From contig JBLDXI010000029.1 of NCBI GenBank assembly GCA_047495785.1, positions 1,860,001 through 1,924,000 on the forward strand: a DNA stretch of 64,000 nucleotides. The letters run 5' to 3'. This document shows, piece by piece, positions 49,388 to 61,956 of this stretch. Each line of letters begins with the position of its first letter. Positions within the stretch are counted from its first letter, which is position 1. Below the pieces are notes generated by a model. The model did not search any database, was not told where the DNA came from, and saw only the letters and a list, made by a program, of their open reading frames with translations. A program made the position numbers and the translations under genes. This DNA is from Lepidodermella squamata. Lineage: Eukaryota > Animalia > Gastrotricha.

Positions 49388-50147
49388 TTTATTAAAGCAA
49401 GGATTTCCTGTATGATGAACTATATCGGACGAAAGAACAACAATATGATAATTGCAGAACGATTTGGATTAAAAGTGCACGAAGGAAGGTCACAATTGCA
49501 TGGTATCAGTCATTAAATATTATATAATATGATAGGGTAAACTTAGATGTGGTCATGTTAAATCAAGCGTTGACAATAAAGTGTTTTCTGTGAAATTAGT
49601 TCGGCTTTTCTAGCAAAAATTTCAGTTTGGGAGGACAAAAATATCCACGATGAATGCTCTCCTACAAAAGTCTCCTCTCCTCGCGTCCAAACCGTATCGA
49701 AATATTTCCACGTCGTTTAAGGCGTTGTCACAACAGCAGCTATTCTATTTATATCTCTGTAAGAGTTCAAAGCTGAACAGAGTATAATAGTTGAAAAGAA
49801 GTTCTATTTTTAGACCACATGTCGCCTGCTGATCATTGCGGGGTTGAGTTCCATTTTAATTTTGAATAGAAACTGACGCGTTAAAATTTTGTGCCGCTGA
49901 AATTGTCGATAGCTTCAATTATTCGAGGGCATTGAATGGCGGAAAAATGAAATGGCCATTAGAGACTGGATATACGCTACATTGTAGGCCTCAGCACCTT
50001 AATGTTTCAGTGGATGATGAAAAACTGTGCCGTTGGACATATTTCTTTTGATATGTTCATGGAAGATTAGAAATACGAAAAAAATATGGTTAATGACTCG
50101 AAATATTTATTATATTAAGTACCTAGCAATGAGTTGATGCTTTTTGA

Positions 50148-51592
50148 TCACATCCTGTCTAAAAAGCGGCTTGAAGCCGTTAAGGGTCGGCTGGCGAAAT
50201 CCTCAAAAGAGCAAACTTTAGACGGATGAAGTCGTAAAGTTGGAACCAGCGATAAGTGCGCTGCAGATTCAGCAAAGCCACTTCGGCTTATCAACAACCG
50301 ATCCATTTTCGTCAGTATCCACAAATCGAGATAAGTCTTCGCCGCGCCCAACCAAGAAGCTTCATCGTCTGCAAATTTCAATTGATCGATATGCGTTAGC
50401 GTCAAGTTGTAACTTCGATCTGTGGTAAACATTTTAACGTTTGAGTCTTTTGTGAGGTCGGCTAACAGCTTTTTAACGTCTAGGTATGCCTGTTCCAAAT
50501 CCGATGTCATGAAAATGACGACTGGCTTTCCAACTAGTTCGGTCGTTTCCATGATTCGGTGAACCTCTCTCGCATAACATTGAACGATTTCGCTACTGTA
50601 AGAGGTCATATTATCCAAATCTGATAACAGTAGCTATTAGCAGTTGATGAAATAATCAACTTACTGTATGTCCGCAACTGAACTCCTATTTTAAAGGACT
50701 TCTCCCAGAATTCTAGACCAACTGCGTTTGAAATGACGTTTTCGAACAATTTTTGAAATTTTGCATTAGGCTTCTCGAATATGAATCTCAAAGCAGCGGA
50801 TATTGCTATGTTCAAGTCGCCGGTGCTGTTCTGCAATCCTGGTGCGAATTGATCGAAATTAAATTTAAAAGCTTCGTTACGCAGTATAGCGTCCAGGCCG
50901 ACATATCTGTTTGACATCATTTTGAGAAATCGAAAATTTTCGAATGAATTGCGACCTGACAGCAGTCGGACGTAAGGTTTGGGGCGGAGGTCGGCTTTAT
51001 GGGACAGCCATTTTGTGGCACCTGGCACGTCGTAGATTCTTTGAAATGTTCGAGGATCCGTATTGTAGAAATGCGCATTGATATTGAAGTAAGCACCGAT
51101 ATCGGCCGGCTTTTGCCATTCAATTGTGAACATGCGTCCTGTTGCTATAGCCAGGTAAAAAGCAACAACCGTTCCTCTCAGGCGGTCGCCAAGGCCGCAA
51201 CAAGGTGGGTAATCTCGGAATCGGCAGTTTTTCGTCCATTTTATCACTGGAAACATGAAGTCGAAGCATGTCGTAACACTTTTAAACATTGACGGTTTGC
51301 AGAACGAACTAACAAATCGGGTCATGTTTGTTAAGTTTGCTCCAACTTTTGCGAAGTAGTAGTCTTTTATTGACTTCGCTAGAGCGATAGCCATGTCGCG
51401 CTTCGAAGACAATGCCGATTTTTGGAGAGAGCTATTCGATGAATTGGATATCCACATAATTTTTGACTGAATCAATAACGATGATTTAGGCTGGATTGAT
51501 GGAAAGTCGAACACGGCAACGAAGGATAACGTGATGATCAAAAGTAAAAGTGGAAATTTCAAGATTTCCTCTGGATAACGTTGTTTCACCAT
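50148..51592 (-). CDS. Fucosyltransferase-like type II membrane glycosyltransferase (alpha-1,2/alpha-1,6/O-FucT superfamily motifs), 2 exons
   Basis: N-terminal TM; GLGDRL, IGVQLRT (motif I), IFMTSD (motif II), DLWIL...SRSGF (motif III); a 44-bp GT-AG intron at 50621-50664 joins the two ORFs in frame. Confidence 0.75.
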
Positions 51593-52944
51593 ATTTAATA
51601 GTAAAAAGTAAAATAATTGATATCGTCTTGAGAACGAATATCGAATATAAGATGTTTACTACAACAGTTTTATTACTACAAAACGCGTGCTAGGTTATTG
51701 ATATCAAAAATGTGAGCAAAATGAAAGACTTGTAGTTGAGATTTTCCATTCATAAAAGATCCAAAACTTTGCTTGATTTTTCGACATACATATTTGGACA
51801 TGAAATGCTGCTGAAGGATTCGCTTAAAGCTCACATATTACTATTATTCAGCCATGTTATTTTAAATTATTTTGATTATTCATTATCATAATATCACGTG
51901 ATACGACTTGAGGTTTAAGGAAATTACAACTTTGAATATTACTCGCTGCTGTTTCCTGGAAAGATCTGCTCATCCAAGTTCGCCCTCTGATCTTTAATTA
52001 TTTTTAGTTTTGCAGTTTTGTCGGGGCAAAACGGTTGTAAAGGAATTAGGGGGCAAACAAGTCCTCAAAGCTCGCTCAATTTCGCTTCAATTTTCGTAAA
52101 AGAATGCTATCCCCTATCCCGTTAAAAATCCCATGAAAAATAGCTTGCTATCATAGCTAAACTACACCTCTTCAATCTATGTCTAACTTAGACCCAGAAA
52201 GCAGAAACCCCTGAACTAGGCCCAGAAAAGCGGAAAATCTAGACCTAAACAGGCTCGGGTCTCTAGGCCTAGCCTAGGCCTACAGACTTTTGATTGGATA
52301 CATGCTACTCGGTTGCTTTTGCCCCTGCGATGTCGATGTCGACCTGTTATGAGCTGCCATAGTTGACATCGTCGGTGAACGTGTAGGGCTCTGGTGGGTC
52401 GTAATCGAGTGCTTCATTCGGCCGGGCCACCGAGCGACTAATTCCAACATATACCTTCCTCATAGGAAACTCAAAGGAAGCTAGTATAAGCAAGCCAGAA
52501 TCCCACTTGTTTAACGACGATAATGACATATTGCTTGACAAATTTCTTTCTTAACCTATTTTTTAAAAACTGAAATTCAAGCTCTTCCCTCGTGCAACCT
52601 TGATTCAGTCACATGCATCACGTAGGCTATCATTGGGCATTCTGGACAGTTCAATTTTATGTCACGCTTTGAACTAGTAAAATTCGACACTTCCGCGGAA
52701 AAACACTAAAAGGTGCGCAGGTCTAACAAATTTATCCACCTTTTTGGCTAATGCACGATGCGAAGTCACAATTAGGAAGTTCGTCATTTTCGTTAGAGCG
52801 AAACAATTCAAAGACAGATTTTGTTTTGTAACATTAGACATGCACGCGGAAAACATGACAAAATTGAGGGGACATTATCGACACTATTTAAAGCGAAAAC
52901 AATGCTCAGATCATTCAGTTTCAGTCAGATTTTTTCCTTCTAGA

Positions 52945-55275
52945 ATGTCCGCCGCCCTCATATTTGCTATTCTCCTCACCTTGGCAATCGATCAATCTGA
53001 AGCTCGGAAGCCGTACCGCTTGCGAACACTGTTCCACATCCCCTTGTTTCTAAACGCAGGAGATTTCAGGAACTGTCGATGGGCCTTCCAAACAGCTTAC
53101 GACTTTGCGAATAATCGCTCCGATATTCTGCCCGACTACCACCTCGAATTCGAACATCGCGACGAAGGAGCTCAAAGTACGCTGGCAACGTCGACAAGCA
53201 TCAACTTTATGCGATCGATGATGGACTCAGCGGAGCCTGATTTGTATCTCGCCCCGGTAACAGTGGGTGTTACGTATACTCCTGGCTGTAAAAGTTGGGG
53301 GAAAGTTGCGACTCATATGAACATGGTGGTCATATCTTGGGCTTGCTCATCGCCCAGTCTAGCGAACCGACGAGACCTATACCCTAACCTATGGCGTATC
53401 AGGGCTTCAACTCAACTAACTATAATGGCTAGACTCAGCTTTATCAAACAATTCACCCCATGGAAGAAAACTGCGATTGTATTCTCCGCCTCTGACAATA
53501 ATTTAGGGTTAGATGGCGCTAGCTATGCAGTAGGTGTGAACAGCCAATTCGGCCTAGCAGTTCAGACTATAGAAGCGAGTTCAGACTTCAACGATGATTT
53601 GATGCAGTCCTTTGTCAGAAAGGACATCCGAATTTTCTCAATTGAAAACTCGGATCCGTTTGTTATGATCCCTTTTCTATGCCAGGCGCACAAAAAAGGG
53701 ATAAAAGGGGAGAAGTACCTTTTCCTTACGTTCATCACTGCGTACATGGATCCTAACGTTTATCCAACATATCTGTACCCGAAGAACTGTAACATTTCAA
53801 TTTATAAAGAGCAAGCTGAGAGAGTAGTGTATTTTGGTGCCCTTTCTCAACTCAACTATGCTAATGACGGGATAAGCCAGGACTACCTAGGGAACACCCG
53901 GTCTGAGTTTGAGACTTTCCTCAAGTCGAACTTCCCAGTTGATATGAAAATGGCTGATTATCCTCTGCGATACTTTTGCTACGACTCTGCCCTGCACGCT
54001 ATCGTCACGCTGGCTGAGACGGAGAAGCTTTTGAACAGCCGGAACTCGACTCTCAGGAACTTCAAGGACGATCCTCGTAGCGTGATGCTGGCAGTTAATC
54101 AAAGTATTGGCGACGTGAGGTATAGAAATCAACAAAATGGCCTGTTTCACTACTCAGCCAGAATGGAGATGGACTACGAAGCTCAACTTGTTGCTACCTG
54201 GTCTCCGCAGACCGGACTTCGGGCAAGGTATGCAATATCTCTTGATGAAAATTCTACAACGAGTAACGACACTTCGCTATTCAAAATACGGGCGATCGCT
54301 CCTTTCGAACCAAATTTTCTGCCTAAAGATGCTGCTTTTGAAGAATTCGTCGATGCTGGGATTCCCGTGTCAGTTTTCGGCGTCTTGACAACAATAGCTT
54401 GCTTGATCGGGGTTTGCCAAATCAGCGTTATTTCTTATATCATTTTTTCTGATAAGATGAAATTGGGGAGAAAGACTGATGACTTTCTCGTAATGCTGAG
54501 TTGTCTGCTCTTAGCGGGAGGCTCTATTCTTCTCACCACTCCTACCGAGATGCGTAATACTGCTGTTTGTGAGGCAATTGCATACACTGTGGTATCGGGT
54601 TTGTCGCTTCTCTACAGCTATTTAGTATTTCGTTTGAGGTCTGCTTTCAAAATCTTGCGGCAAAATGTCTCTCATCAGCATCGTTTCCCTAATCCTGCTA
54701 GGGATGAGTTTTCATTTTTGATCACGACACTTTTGTTTTTTCTTCTTAATTTGCTCATCGTCATCTCTTGGGTAACAACTGATCCTTACCGCGCAGTTCT
54801 TGCCGAACCGGAAAACTCCAGGTCCTACGTTGCTGAAATCGATACTTATGTAGAAATGTATTCTATAACGTGCTCATCCAATTTTACGGGTCAATGGGTG
54901 GCAACGCTCCTGGCCTTAAATCTGGCTGCTCTTGGGCTCGGCGTAATATATACTGTGAAACTCAAGGGGAATCGTTATTTGCCGTATTACCCGTTTGTGA
55001 AGCGATTAGCTATAGCCATAGCTTTCTCTTCGACTTTATTTCTCGCTTTAACTGCCGTAGTCTTCATGCTGAAAACGACCAGTGGGCAGAATATCGCTGT
55101 CGCAGTGGGATTGCAGATTCAATCTGGCCTAGTGGCCGCTTTGCTCTATGTCAAAGTTGGGAACGGAGCAGACGCCGCAGGCGATGCGGTGCCTCGACTG
55201 CCGTCGTCGCAAATGCTTAGCAGATTTGACACGATAACTCGGAAGACCGCTGCTATCGGGATTCAGACTCGATAA
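52945..55275 (+). CDS. Class C (GABA-B-like) GPCR, outlying copy, single coding exon (~776 aa)
   Basis: Likely true start is ATG 52945 (MSAALIFAILLTLAIDQSEA). ANNRSDILPDY, YTPGCKSWG, SPSLANRRDLYPNLWR, CYDSA and 7TM; same family as the 1-18 kb cluster. Confidence 0.88.
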   Translation: MSAALIFAILLTLAIDQSEARKPYRLRTLFHIPLFLNAGDFRNCRWAFQTAYDFANNRSDILPDYHLEFEHRDEGAQSTLATSTSINFMRSMMDSAEPDLYLAPVTVGVTYTPGCKSWGKVATHMNMVVISWACSSPSLANRRDLYPNLWRIRASTQLTIMARLSFIKQFTPWKKTAIVFSASDNNLGLDGASYAVGVNSQFGLAVQTIEASSDFNDDLMQSFVRKDIRIFSIENSDPFVMIPFLCQAHKKGIKGEKYLFLTFITAYMDPNVYPTYLYPKNCNISIYKEQAERVVYFGALSQLNYANDGISQDYLGNTRSEFETFLKSNFPVDMKMADYPLRYFCYDSALHAIVTLAETEKLLNSRNSTLRNFKDDPRSVMLAVNQSIGDVRYRNQQNGLFHYSARMEMDYEAQLVATWSPQTGLRARYAISLDENSTTSNDTSLFKIRAIAPFEPNFLPKDAAFEEFVDAGIPVSVFGVLTTIACLIGVCQISVISYIIFSDKMKLGRKTDDFLVMLSCLLLAGGSILLTTPTEMRNTAVCEAIAYTVVSGLSLLYSYLVFRLRSAFKILRQNVSHQHRFPNPARDEFSFLITTLLFFLLNLLIVISWVTTDPYRAVLAEPENSRSYVAEIDTYVEMYSITCSSNFTGQWVATLLALNLAALGLGVIYTVKLKGNRYLPYYPFVKRLAIAIAFSSTLFLALTAVVFMLKTTSGQNIAVAVGLQIQSGLVAALLYVKVGNGADAAGDAVPRLPSSQMLSRFDTITRKTAAIGIQTR

Positions 55276-56114
55276 AGCGAGGTGAACAACGCAATCTTCT
55301 AAAAATCGCTTTTTAACGAAAAATTGCTGGATACCTATAAATTATTCGCTAACATTTAAAAGTGAAGTTTCATCATCATCAAATGTATTTCCGTTATTGT
55401 GAAAATGAGCATTATTGACTGCATCTTGATCACAGAGGACAGTGCGGTCTACAGCTCTATCTCGCTTCGAAGATAATATTGATTTTCGAAGACTTTGCAT
55501 AAACTGTTCGAATAGATTTATAATGAATCGATGGCGGCAGTTTAAATAAGATGGATGATAAGTCAAGAACTAAAGTTATTGATAACGCGATGATCAGCAG
55601 TAAAAGTGGAGCGAGAAAGAACGCTTTCGAATTTTGAACAATTCGAATTAAACAAACTCAGTCTAAAAAAAATGAGATGATTAATAGAAATTGTATACTG
55701 TTGGCGGAACGCGTGCCGTAGCCTTTGACCGCAGCGAGTTATGAATGATATTGAATATTGAAGCTGAACGTGAACATTTTCACTAATGCATTTGAATCGA
55801 CAGCAATTAGTTTTTGAAAATTGAAAGTTCATTTCTTTGGCGAATTTGGATAGAAATTTGTTCTTCATTCACGACAGTCGTTTGAAATTCATGAATTAGC
55901 CTTAACCCTTGGCCTACATCCTACACCAATAGATAACGCGTAAAATTCAAGTGTTCTTCAATCAATTTATTATCTTCATCATTGTGAAAGTGTGCATTGA
56001 TTGCATCTTGATCACAGAATAACGTTCTTATTTCCTAACAAAGTTCTTTTCAAAATTTGAATATCGACTACAGCTTGCAGGTGATTTCAGGCTTCTTCAT
56101 GTCTCGTGGTTCGC

Positions 56115-57362
56115 TTAGGCGGTCTTGACGGTGACGGGGCGGGTGTTGTTGATGAGCTGGCTGTGCTGGGCGGTGAAGCGGCCGTTCATCGAGGGCAGCA
56201 TGCCGGCGAAAGCGGTCTGCTGCAGCAGCTGCGACATGACCGGCGACTTGGCGATCTCCTCGACGCTCATCTTCGGCAGCTCGCACTCGACGACCAGGTA
56301 GCCCTCGGCGGTCTGGTACGACTTGAGCTCAACCTTGGTCAGGTCGATCTTGGCAAGGGTCTGCAAAATAAAGCAATCATTAGCAAACGAAGATATACCT
56401 TATCAAGTCAGGTTTCTTACCTCGGGCAGGACGAACTTGCGCGAGTACTTGCGGCTGATCTGGTGCTCCTTGCCGTCCTTGGCCTCGTGGGCGGCCTCGA
56501 TGACGACGGCGCGCTCGGCCTTGTTCAGGGTGACGGTGATCTCCTCCGGCTTGTAGCTCTTCAGGGCGAAGACGAGGCACAGCTGGCGGTTGCCCTCGAG
56601 GTCGACGACGCGGATCGGGTTCGACAGGGTGTACAGCTCGACCTCGCTGGAGGGGCGGAAGGCGACGTTGTACAGCTTGTCGTGGTGGGACCAGGTGTTG
56701 TCGATGGCGGAGAACAGCTCGGGGCGGGCGGTGGTCATCCACGAGGCCGGGTTGGCGCCGGTCCACTGGCGGGCGAAGACCTGGGCGGCGATGTGCTGGC
56801 AGATATCGGCGAACAGCTGCTGGCCGATGCGGGCGGCTTGCTCGGTCTCGACCGGGCCGCAGCCAAGGCGCTGGGCGACGGTGGCGCCGAGACGGGCACC
56901 CTGCTCGGCGGCGCGGATGACGCAGCGGCGGCTGGTGATCTCAGCGTCGATCGGGGCGAGGGCGAGCTCGACGGCGATCTCGGCGCAGATCTCAGCACCC
57001 CACTGGGCGGCGATCGGCTGGACGAGCTGTGGCTGGGCCATCGGGGCCATGCGGGCGGCGGCGATGTGGGCCAGCTGGGCGCCGGTCTCGGCTCCGTAGG
57101 CGCGGGCAATCTCAACCGGGCGCTCGATCGGACTCGAGTACGGGGTCGGGATGCGGGCGAACGGGGTCGGCATGACCGGGGCGTTGATCATCGACGGGGC
57201 CGGGGCGACGAAGGTGTTGTTGATGAGGCTGCGCTCGTTGCTCAGGGTCGAGTAGATGTCGACCTTGTTGCGGAGCAGGCTCTCGACGTTGACCGGGCTG
57301 GCGTAGCCGGCGACCGGGGCGACGGTCGGGTAGGTCGGTTGGAAGGTGTAGGTGGCGGCCAT
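56115..57362 (-). CDS. Small heat-shock (HSP20/alpha-crystallin domain) protein with long N-terminal extension, 395 aa, 2 exons (57362-56421, 56360-56115)
   Basis: ACD motifs YKPEEITVT, VVIEAAHE, ISRKYSRKFVLPE, S....EGYLVVE and a C-terminal V-T-V (IXI-like); 60-bp GT-AG intron at 56361-56420; very strong C/G third-position bias. Confidence 0.85.
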
Positions 57363-58067
57363 TTTGATTTCGAGTGAAGAAAACACGTAAAAGCGAATTA
57401 AAGATGAAGCTTTGAAATTGCAAGCTAGAGCGATTGATGATAAAACCGTAGTAAAATCGACCATTTAAACCCTTAAAACGCGTGCCATTAATATAGAGCT
57501 CCGGAGCAGACAATCAACCCTTGGATTCACGCGAAGCTCATCTCTGCACGTGAGAAAATACATCGCGTGCCAATTTCTATTGAACTTTTCCACATGTCAA
57601 AGAATAAAGGTCGAACTCGAAGTGGCAGCAATAATTTAACATTCTTATTTTAAACGTTTCAATCTCAATCTTTATGAACTTCAAAGCTCGATGGAAAGGT
57701 TCCTCAATCAGATTGCAATAATCTTTCGATATATCGATTACGGGTTCCATCTTGTTTTCATTCAACCTTAACATACTCAAGATGTGAAGTTGTTGTTTTA
57801 AATGAGCCGACTTCGGGTGCACTTTTTTAAATAAACATTTTCACGTCAAGCACAAGCAACACGATAATTTATTTTCCTAATAAATGCATACGTAAATACA
57901 AGCAAAAGCAACACTCCGCATAAAAATAATCCGCCAAGCTATTATAACACACAACCACACAAACACCACACACGTCAATCCTGGTTTTGATTGCGAAATT
58001 GATCCCGATCGAAGATGACGAAGTTGTCAGGTTGAAACCGGAACCTCGAAAAGCAGGAATTCAAGCT

Positions 58068-58611
58068 TTAAACGCGATGATCACACCCACGCGCGTCCAT
58101 CTCGTTCATTAGCCGGCAGCCCATGCAGAGGCCGCACCACAGCCAACAACAACCCTCTTCACACATAGTCTATTGCCACGAAAGAATGCATGCACATATA
58201 AACACTGGGTGGAATTTAGAGGCGATTAACTCACCATTTTAACGCGGTAAAGGGATCTGAAGCGCGCCGACAGAGGAATGGCTCCGAAAATGAGCGGGTA
58301 GCAGCAATGCTCACCTGACAACAAAACGAAATTCTAGAACAAATCGAAAACAAACAAGTTAAATTATACCAAGTCGCTGCGATGCGACGCACATCATGCA
58401 TTGCGGGAAAAAGCATCCAATCAATCCTTCAAAATTTCAATTTAAAACTGAAAATAAAAGTATCATAAAGAATACCCCATTTCGGGTTTTTGCAGACATC
58501 GCACAGCTTTGTGTTCCACTCGGTTTCCTGGTCCAGAGTCATCGGCTGAAACACCGGTGCGCCTTCCGGCTGAGAAGTAATCGGGTAAGTCTCAGTCATT
58601 TCTTCCGTCAT
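58068..58611 (-). CDS. PLAC8/cornifelin-like protein, 4 exons
   Basis: ITSQP...EWNTKLCDVC, GCFFPQC, GEHCCYP, RFRSLYRV, TMCEEGCCWLWCGLCMGCRLMNEMDARG; three short GT-AG introns. Confidence 0.82.
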
Positions 58612-59132
58612 ATGGGCAGGAATTATTCACCGAGTATTCGCACGAAAGAAAAATATTTTTTTAATGTGAAAATAGGCGATAGTGATGCGATATACTACCG
58701 CGCAAAACGCACTGCCGTAAGCGTGTAGTTTCAGCTGCCTATGATCTGGCGCGCTCCTTCATAATTATTTACCTTTACATGATGATAACTCGGAAGAAAG
58801 ATGCGCGAAACTTAACAATGATGTTCATTATTCTCAAGTTTTCCCCAATAAGGCGTGGGTTGTAAGTCATACAGCGTATTTCTCATATTTTATTAACTTA
58901 TTGCCGAAAAGCAAACAGTCATTTTCATCGACGTCAATTTGAAAATAAAAACCTCATTTGAACATCGTAAATAATTTTCAAAACGAACGTATTCATTGCA
59001 AGCTTCTTGAATAAAGCAGTCGAAGCAAAGATAAAATCAGTTGCTATTTCCGGTTGAGTTTTTTTGGTTACTCTAAATATTTGTTTCGTGTCGAGCAGTA
59101 TGTCGTTGATGGTTGTTTTCTCACTCTATCGT

Positions 59133-59813
59133 TTACATGCGCTCCGGGGCACCGCGGACGTCCATTTCGTTCATGAGGCGGCACGACATGCAAGCACCGC
59201 ACCACAGCCACATGCAGGCTTCTTCGCAGAGAGTCTACGAAAGAATCGGAAATTTGTTAATTCAATAAATCAAACATACGGGTCGAGAAACTGTGAATGG
59301 AATTCTACTATCCTATATCCAATCCTATCCTGTTCTTTCCTATCCTATCCTATCTTATCCCCTATCCTGTCCCCTATTCTATATTCAATGAATCCTATAT
59401 AATGATCACATGGTACGAAATCCCTTATATCACTTAGGAAATAATTGCATAATTCAGCAAAATTAATATCAATAGAATGCAAAGCTATGAGACCAGCAGC
59501 ATATTTCAGCTATTACCTGTTTGACCCTGTAAAGGGTGCGGAAACGCGTCGCGAGTGGCTGGACGGAGCAGCAGATCGGGAAGCAGATATTTTCACCCAT
59601 GCGCTGTGACGCGCAGCAGAGAAGCGCCCATGGGAAGAAGAATCCAATAGCGCCCCACTTAACGTTGTAGCAGCATTGGCATAGGCCGATTTGGTACGGC
59701 GTCTCAAGGTTAGCGTCGACAGGTTGGTGGGAGCCTGCAACAGCGAGGCCTGCTCCTCCGACACTCACTCCGACCCCACCGGGCTGAGTTGTGATCGTAA
59801 AAGTCTGCGACAT
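59133..59813 (-). CDS. PLAC8/cornifelin-like protein, 2 exons
   Basis: ITTQP, GLCQCC, GENICFP, RFRTLYRVKQ^TLCEEACMWLWCGACMSCRLMNEMDVRG. Confidence 0.85.
59305..59400 (+). repeat. Degenerate (TCCTA)n microsatellite in a PLAC8-like intron
   Basis: Repeated TATCC/TCCTA units are directly visible. Confidence 0.75.
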
Positions 59814-61956
59814 CTCTCGGAATACGAAATAAATCTACCTACAAATGTAGCAAAGGGTATTTCAAGGTATAACAGCTATTTTGATGAAAAAATTCTTCTA
59901 CTATACGTGGATACCGCGCGGTGTTGTATAAGGGTGGTGAGTGGTGGTGGCGCGTAATAAAATGTTTACTCTCGAACCTGCTTGGTGCGTACGCGTTCAT
60001 TTTATGCATGGCCAAGTCAGGCAGCTTTGTGGCGAGTTAGCACCAAGCAACTACACATACTAGCTATTAAACAACGGTCACCGTGTGTTGACGGTCAGCA
60101 AGAAAAAAATGAAACGCACCGCAATGTAGAAAATTTGACGAGGCATTTTTCTTCAAAAGATAGCTCGGCTTCATCAGCATTATTCCGAGAGTGGCATAGG
60201 ATTACCCGTCAAGAATCCAAGCGGGAATGTATATAAAGCTGCTGCTGGCGGAAAAGTCGGCCGCGACACAAAAAAAACCAGTTGTACTTGGCGGCATGTT
60301 AATAACGGCAGCTGTTAGTGTCAAACGTCGTAGCAGTGATCATATTTATTTGGACCGGTACGCATAAAAACCGGTTCAGGCATGCATTACGCATTTTCCG
60401 GCCCGCAGAAGACGCGCGCCTGTTTTTTCCCAGAATATAGTATATAGCATACATATATTGTTTGAGACTACTACGCTATTTTATGAAGCGTGTATTCGTG
60501 TGTCGCGGGCCGTTTTTTACCCCTCACGTAGAGCAAGTGTGTGGCGGTAAGTAGTACTTCTGCTTTTCCACACCTGTGACTTCTGACTTGGGGGATGAAG
60601 ACTGATGAGTCACAGTCGCAGATAGCGAAACTAGGACAGTGAAGACTTGACACTTAACATGCGATTTCAGAAACGTTGCAGACCAAATTTTGATTTGTTA
60701 AGTCACTCGAAAACGCATTTTCACAATTTCATGAATAATTCTACCAGGAAGCTGAAGGAACTCCCGATGAAACATGCCGTATTTCTCGAAAATATACACC
60801 AGGACTGCCATCGGACTGAGGCACTCTTTCGATGTGCAGTATATGTATTTATGATCTATCAACAATTTTTCGGAAATAGATAGAACATTGCAATGTACGC
60901 TGTTGTTTCATTAAACTAGTGCATGAAAAAAGGAAGGTTGCATAATGCATAATGCTTTTTTTGGTTGCATTAATATAATTATATTGTTGGTTATTGTTAT
61001 AACGATATTATAATACCCGCTGCAGTAACGTGATAAAAGTTGCAATGGAAACGTTTAGATTATTATACGGTTTATTGAATTACGTTAGATAGGCTGTATA
61101 GGAAGAAGTTTACGATTCGGCTACTACGGCTGGTGATTTCTGCATGAATATGAATTATTGTGGGTTTTCCTATTTGTAAATCGCGTAAAGCATGGACAGC
61201 AAGTTCGGAGATTGCAGCGCGTCATCCAAATAAAAGCCCCCAGCTTCCGTGTTTTGTTCAGGTCTTCTGAATAGTCCAAACAAATCGCTTTTTCGGAGTC
61301 AACTGAATAAAACTGGTGTTGTCCTCCCTTCCAATCTAGTATTATCTAGTATTTCGTATCTAGAATTTTGCCAGTGTTCTTCTTTCGATCGATGGCCAAA
61401 ATGTCCACTCGTCTACGCTGCCGTAGCCTGCCGATGCAACTTAAGCCACACTCAGGAAAATACCATCTCGTAAATTAAGATTTGGCTCAATATTATTCTT
61501 CCATACAAATTCACAAGGTTCAAATTGAAAATTCCATAACTGAGATAGCAGCAAAAAACTTTATTTTATCGGTGCATTGAATTCGAGTCAAGGTGATTAT
61601 AGTACCACGGTCATCATTATACATGATATCGTGAGATGGGCGGCGGAACGACTTGCCTAAAATAGAAACAAACGACGATAAACTATTTGTTTGCACCCCC
61701 GCCAAGTCAGTGCTAGAAGAACTGAGCGCCAGGTATTTATACGCCAGCATTACGCCACTTGTTTCTATTTTAGGCAGGTCGGTCTGTCGCCCACCCCCGC
61801 GCGACTTGGTAATATTACTAGCACATCCGATAATAAGCCAATCCGAGTTCATATTATTACACATACAAAAAGTGACAAAAATAAATATTTTTTTCAGCAA
61901 CCAACAGGTAAATTTTTTTCTGTTAAGAAAACGTTCCTCGATATGATTGTTTGCGT

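Noticed and set aside
56106-57377. 423-aa plus-strand ORF, and other overlapping ORFs in 56068-57513
   Set aside because: Antisense shadow of the GC3-biased sHSP gene; stop codons are depleted by codon bias and the translation has no recognisable features.
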